Source: Acidovorax sp. (lineage in GTDB: Bacteria > Pseudomonadota > Gammaproteobacteria > Burkholderiales > Burkholderiaceae_C). Taken from it: 47,263 nucleotides of DNA. Below, in pieces: positions 44,212 to 47,263 of this stretch. Numbering within the stretch: the stretch's first letter is position 1; each line of letters opens with the position of its first letter. The notes below the pieces were generated by a model. It was not told the origin of the DNA. It saw only the letters and a list, made by a program, of their open reading frames with translations, and did no database searches. The stretch covers positions 1-47,263 of the forward strand of contig JASLFM010000190.1 of NCBI GenBank assembly GCA_030150585.1. The letters run 5' to 3'. Made by a program: the position numbers and the translations under genes.

Positions 44212-44369
44212 TCCGCGTTGAATGGTGGGTCCACGCACAGAGGCATCCTGCCCCATGCGGAAATCAATGGGGCTGTGCGGGTGTCGTTACGGATCGTGGA
44301 GCCTTGGGCCACGGATCGCATAGGCTATAAACCGGGCTTGACCATTTCTCTCTCGAAAACACCAACACC

Positions 44370-44681
44370 ATGAACCGCGCCGAACTCGTTGAAATCCTGG
44401 CCACCAAGAACGATCTGTCCAAGACGGCTGCCAATGCCGTGCTCGACACGCTCATCGAAACCATCCAGACCGCCGTGAAGAAGGGTGATGCGGTGCAGCT
44501 GGTCGGCTTCGGCACGTTCAAGTCCGCCAAGCGCGCCGCACGTACGGGCAAGAACCCCGCCACGGGCGCGGCACTGAAGATCCCCGCATCCACGGTGCCC
44601 AAGTTTGTGGCTGGCGCGAAGTTCAAGGCCGTGGTGGACCCCAAGGCTGCCAAGCGCAAGGCCGAGAAGGCTGGCAAGTAA
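44370..44681 (+). CDS. hupB: Nucleoid protein HU (beta-type) with a short Lys/Ala-rich C-terminal tail
   Basis: MNRAELVEILATKNDLSKTAANAVLDTLIETIQTAVKKGDAVQLVGFGTFKSAKRAARTGKNPATGAALKIPASTVPKFVAGAKFK is canonical HU. A 13-aa tail DPKAAKRKAEKAGK is appended. Confidence 0.92.
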   Translation: MNRAELVEILATKNDLSKTAANAVLDTLIETIQTAVKKGDAVQLVGFGTFKSAKRAARTGKNPATGAALKIPASTVPKFVAGAKFKAVVDPKAAKRKAEKAGK

Positions 44682-44698
44682 GCACCCATGCGCAATTC

Positions 44699-44722
44699 GC
44701 CCCGGGGTGTCTTTTCCGGGGC
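44699..44722 (+). terminator. Hairpin downstream of hupB (GCCCCGG-N10-CCGGGGC), no T-run
   Basis: Read directly. This is a weak terminator candidate only. Confidence 0.3.
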
Positions 44723-44758
44723 AGCAGACTCTGCACTTTCCACAGACCGAGTTCAACG

Positions 44759-45211
44759 ATGACAGCTTTCTCCAACGCATTCCGGGCCGAAGTCTTGCGC
44801 ATGGCGCGCAAGGAGATCAAGGGTGAACTGGGCAGCCTGCGCAAGACCGTTACGGCGCAGCGTTCCGAGATCACGGCCCTCAAGAGGGATGTGAAGGACC
44901 TCGTGTCGCAGGTGAAAGGTCTGAACAAGGCTTTGGCCCGCGGGGTGGCGCCAGCCCAAGCGCAGCCCCAGGGCGCCGAAGTTCCTGCGCGCAGAGGGCG
45001 CCGATTCCAATTCAAGGCGGAGGCGCTGGCGGCCAAGCGTGAACAGCTGGGTCTCTCACAGCAGGCCATGGCGGCGTTGCTCGAGGCTTCTACGCTCTCC
45101 GTGGCCCGGTGGGAGGGCGGGAAGGCAATGCCGAGGGCAGCGCAGCTTGAACGCATCCAGGTGGTGTTGAAAATGGGCAAGCGGGAGGCGCTGGGCAAGC
45201 TGCAGGCATGA
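44759..45211 (+). CDS. Hypothetical DNA-binding protein: N-terminal coiled coil plus C-terminal XRE-like helix-turn-helix
   Basis: 150 aa. The C-terminal REQLGLSQQAMAALLEASTLSVARWEGGKAMP fits the HTH_XRE pattern. The N-terminal part is heptad-like (LRKTVTAQRSEITALKRDVKDLVSQVKGLNKAL). Confidence 0.55.
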   Translation: MTAFSNAFRAEVLRMARKEIKGELGSLRKTVTAQRSEITALKRDVKDLVSQVKGLNKALARGVAPAQAQPQGAEVPARRGRRFQFKAEALAAKREQLGLSQQAMAALLEASTLSVARWEGGKAMPRAAQLERIQVVLKMGKREALGKLQA

Positions 45212-45252
45212 CGCTCTCGTGGCCTGAGTTGACATCGGCCCCGCAGCGCTCA

Positions 45253-46152
45253 TCATCGACCCAGCAGTTGTTCCAGAGCGCCAGCCAGCGTGGGGTAGCG
45301 CCATGTAAACCCAGCTTCCTGGGTCCGGCGCGGCACCAGACGCTGGCCGCCGAGCAGCAGTATCGACATTTCGCCCAGTGCCAGGCGCAGCGCCCAGGCC
45401 GGCGCGGGCAACACCGCCGGGCGATGCAGCGCGCGGGCCAGGGTCTGGGTGAAATCGCCGTTGCGCACCGCCTCGGGCGCACAGGCGTTGAAAGGGCCAC
45501 TGCAGGCGTCGTTCTGCAGCAAGTGGTCGATGAGGGCCACCTGGTCGTCCAGGTGGATCCAAGGCATCCACTGCTGACCGCTGCCCAGGCGGCCGCCCAA
45601 GCCCATTCGGAAAGGCGGTAGCAGCCGTGCCAGCATGCCCCCCTGCGAGGCCAACACGGGCGCGGTGCGCAGCAGCGCCACGCGCACGCCCCACTGGCGC
45701 GCGCGCTCGGCTTCTTGCTCCCAGGCTATGCACAGGCGGCTGCCGAAGTCGGCGTTGCCCGGCGCGCTGTCTTCGGCCAGCCATTGCTCGCCTCCGTCGC
45801 CATACCATCCCACCGCAGAGCCCGAGAGCAGCACACGCGGTGGCGTGGCTTGCCGGCCCATCCAGTCGACGAGGGTGCGTGTCAAGTCGACGCGGCTGCG
45901 CCACAGCAGACTCCGCCGCGCTTCGGTCCATGGGCGATCGGCAATGGGCGCGCCCGCAAGGTTGACCACGGCATCGAATGGCGCGTAGCCGTCGAGCTCT
46001 TGTAGCTGTGCGATGCCCTGTGCACCACTGCACAGGGCGTGCACCTGTGGGGGATTGCGGCTCCAGACCCACAGTTCGTGGCCCTGGTGCTGCCAGTGCC
46101 GGCACAATGCCTGGCCGATCAGCCCGGTGCCGCCCGTGAGGAGAATGCGCAT
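45253..46152 (-). CDS. TIGR01777/YfcH-like NAD-dependent epimerase-family protein (SDR fold plus DUF1731)
   Basis: ATG 46152 follows the RBS AGGAAGGAA. MRILLTGGTGLIGQAL is the Rossmann motif. The product is about 300 aa. The upstream 25 codons of the track ORF are unlikely to be coding. Confidence 0.78.
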   Translation of the reverse strand: MRILLTGGTGLIGQALCRHWQHQGHELWVWSRNPPQVHALCSGAQGIAQLQELDGYAPFDAVVNLAGAPIADRPWTEARRSLLWRSRVDLTRTLVDWMGRQATPPRVLLSGSAVGWYGDGGEQWLAEDSAPGNADFGSRLCIAWEQEAERARQWGVRVALLRTAPVLASQGGMLARLLPPFRMGLGGRLGSGQQWMPWIHLDDQVALIDHLLQNDACSGPFNACAPEAVRNGDFTQTLARALHRPAVLPAPAWALRLALGEMSILLLGGQRLVPRRTQEAGFTWRYPTLAGALEQLLGR

Positions 46153-46183
46153 GGGGTGTTCCTTCCTGAGGTTGCTGGGTGGG

Positions 46184-46882
46184 CTACCAAGGCAAGCGCT
46201 GGCCGTCGTAGGCCCAGAAGCCGCCACTGTCTTGCGGCTGCAAGCCGTCGAGCACCGCCAAGAGATCCTGCGCAGCGTCGCGGGCCGGCCGCCAGATCTT
46301 TGTGCCGCGAAACGGGGCTGACAGGGCCGAGTCCACGGTGCCTGGGTGCAGCGCTGCGACCACCGACTGCGGGTGGGTGCGGGCCAGCTCGATGGCTGCG
46401 GTCTTTACCACCATGTTCAGCGCCGCCTTGGAGGCGCGGTAGCTGTACCAACCGCCGAGGCGGTTGTCGCCAATGCTCCCGACCTTGGCCGAAAGTACCG
46501 CGAGCACACTGCGCTCGCCGTGTGCCAGCTGGGGCGCGAAGTGGGCCAACGCCAGGGCGGGCCCGATCGTGTTGACGGCGAAGCTGGCCGCCATGTGCTC
46601 GGCACTCAGTTCGGCCAGGCGTTTCTCGGGTTTGCCCGTGGGGCCTTGCAGCATGCCTGTGGCAACCAACAACAGGTTCCACGGGCCCTGGGTGGCCAAT
46701 GAGTGCGCCGCCTCGGCAATGGTGGCCGGGGCGTCGAAGTCCACCACTGGTGTGCTGGAGCGCCCCAACGCGAGCACCTTGGCGCAGCGTGGGTCGTCGC
46801 GCAGCTGGGCGGTCAGGGCGCCGCCAATGGCGCCCGAGGCGCCCAGGACCAGCGCACGGTAGCCGGGAGGGAGCGATTGCAT
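46184..46882 (-). CDS. Short-chain dehydrogenase/reductase (C-factor-like SDR)
   Basis: ALVLGASGAIGGAL cofactor motif and YRASKAALN (YxxxK). The start was chosen at ATG 46882 (MQSLPPGYRALVLG). Confidence 0.8.
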   Translation of the reverse strand: MQSLPPGYRALVLGASGAIGGALTAQLRDDPRCAKVLALGRSSTPVVDFDAPATIAEAAHSLATQGPWNLLLVATGMLQGPTGKPEKRLAELSAEHMAASFAVNTIGPALALAHFAPQLAHGERSVLAVLSAKVGSIGDNRLGGWYSYRASKAALNMVVKTAAIELARTHPQSVVAALHPGTVDSALSAPFRGTKIWRPARDAAQDLLAVLDGLQPQDSGGFWAYDGQRLPW

Positions 46883-46906
46883 GGGAGGTCCTTTCGGGGG
46901 CATCGG

Positions 46907-47263
46907 CTAGAGGGTGGCGAGCCTGTCACGCAGCTGTTCGGCATGCGCGCGCAGGGCCTCGCGCTGCATCTCGGGCATCTTGTGCAGTTGGCGGTACACC
47001 AGCGCCAGGCGCGGGTTGCCTTGCAGGACCAGGGCGTGGCGTTCAAAGAAGTCCCAGTACAGGGCGTTGAAGGGGCAGGCGCGTGCGCCGGTCTTTTGCT
47101 TGGGGTCGTAGGCGCAGCCCTTGCAGTAGTCGCCCATGCGCTGCAGGTAGGCGGCGCTGCTGACGTAGGGCTTGGTGGCAATCACGCCGCCGTCCGCTCG
47201 CTGGCTCATGCCCAGGGTGTTGGGGAGCTCCACCCACTCGAAGGCGTCAATGTAGATGCCCAG
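46907..47263 (-). CDS. Cryptochrome/photolyase-family protein of the Fe-S (FeS-BCP, PhrB/CryB-like) class, C-terminal part; the gene continues past the right edge of the window
   Basis: The minus-strand frame is open to the window edge (LGIYIDAFEWVELPNTLGMSQ...). The C-terminal CKGC-x12-C (DYCKGCAYDPKQKTGARACPFNALYWDFF) matches the spacing of three of the four [4Fe-4S] cysteine ligands of PhrB-type (6-4) photolyases. Confidence 0.68.
   Translation of the reverse strand: MGIYIDAFEWVELPNTLGMSQRADGGVIATKPYVSSAAYLQRMGDYCKGCAYDPKQKTGARACPFNALYWDFFERHALVLQGNPRLALVYRQLHKMPEMQREALRAHAEQLRDRLATL

Larger units (their letters stand above)
10738..44260. other. Accessory genomic island next to tRNA-Lys: a hypoxia/dormancy-type (lxa-like) stress locus with no mobility genes detected. 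The right border is approximate.
   Basis: The sequence character changes at the tRNA. Spot GC counts of single 60-nt lines are roughly 50-68 percent inside the island versus 70-83 percent in the flanks. Spacers are long and the stress gene content is coherent. The right limit is placed between the GGDEF gene (ends 44211) and hupB (44370), but it is uncertain. Confidence 0.6.

Noticed and set aside
10738-44260. I searched by eye for CRISPR arrays, IS elements/transposases, integrases, prophage genes, toxin-antitoxin pairs and known defence-system proteins in the island.
   Set aside because: None was found. Every sizeable ORF is accounted for by stress, metabolic or regulatory families. The only repeats are short operator-like elements. 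The Lon here is a full LonA with an N-terminal substrate domain, not a BrxL-type defence protein.

Overview
This 47.3-kb window comes from a high-GC betaproteobacterium. Gene order and protein signatures look Burkholderiales/Comamonadaceae-like, but that taxon call is inference. The window has three parts. (1) 1-10737 is ordinary core genome: ygfZ (partial), a tightly coupled mltG-tmk-holB-pilZ-ycfH-ankyrin operon, msbA, tolB-pal-cpoB-tcdA, then tRNA-Lys(UUU) with a strong intrinsic terminator. (2) About 10.74-44.25 kb is a visibly lower-GC accessory island that starts directly at the 3' end of tRNA-Lys. I found no integrase, transposase or att repeat in it. It has long intergenic spacers and at least one decayed gene. 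Its content is a coherent hypoxia/dormancy-type stress set:
- Stress and protein quality control: three USP genes, Hsp20, an orphan GroEL, a LonA paralog, ElaB/DUF883 and a host-attachment-family protein.
- Metabolism and storage: a Pat-type lysine acetyltransferase, two Zn-ADHs, PhaB/PhaC/phasin, a nitroreductase, a phosphoribosyltransferase, an APH+AAA kinase fusion and a P-type ATPase remnant.
- Small regulators and envelope: a CBS-pair protein, a TraR/DksA zinc finger, a BON protein and an L,D-transpeptidase.
- Signalling: two two-component systems, two CRP/FNR regulators and a PAS-GGDEF protein.
This inventory parallels the low-oxygen-activated (lxa) locus of Burkholderia cenocepacia and, more distantly, the mycobacterial DosR regulon. 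(3) 44.3-47.26 kb is core genome again: hupB, an HTH protein, a yfcH-like gene, an SDR and the C-terminus of an FeS-type cryptochrome/photolyase.
Main hunt results:
- A set of FNR-family inverted repeats (TTGNN-N4-NNCAA and xTGAC-N4-GTCAG) sits in most promoter-bearing spacers of the island. Five of them are centred 67.5 or 70.5 nt upstream of a start codon.
- One box lies about 83 nt upstream of a canonical terminator in an otherwise empty 437-bp gap, which makes a candidate small transcription unit.
- A usp-linked P-type ATPase pseudogene carries an in-frame TAA and a 3' truncation.
- The Pat acetyltransferase is bracketed by USP genes.
- Several unusual operon pairings occur: DUF883-host attachment-Lon, nitroreductase-CBS-TraR, and ADH with the APH/AAA fusion.
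No CRISPR array, IS element, prophage or recognisable defence system was seen. All motif and GC statements come from reading by eye. Coding regions were not scanned exhaustively for motifs, so enrichment claims need a computed scan.
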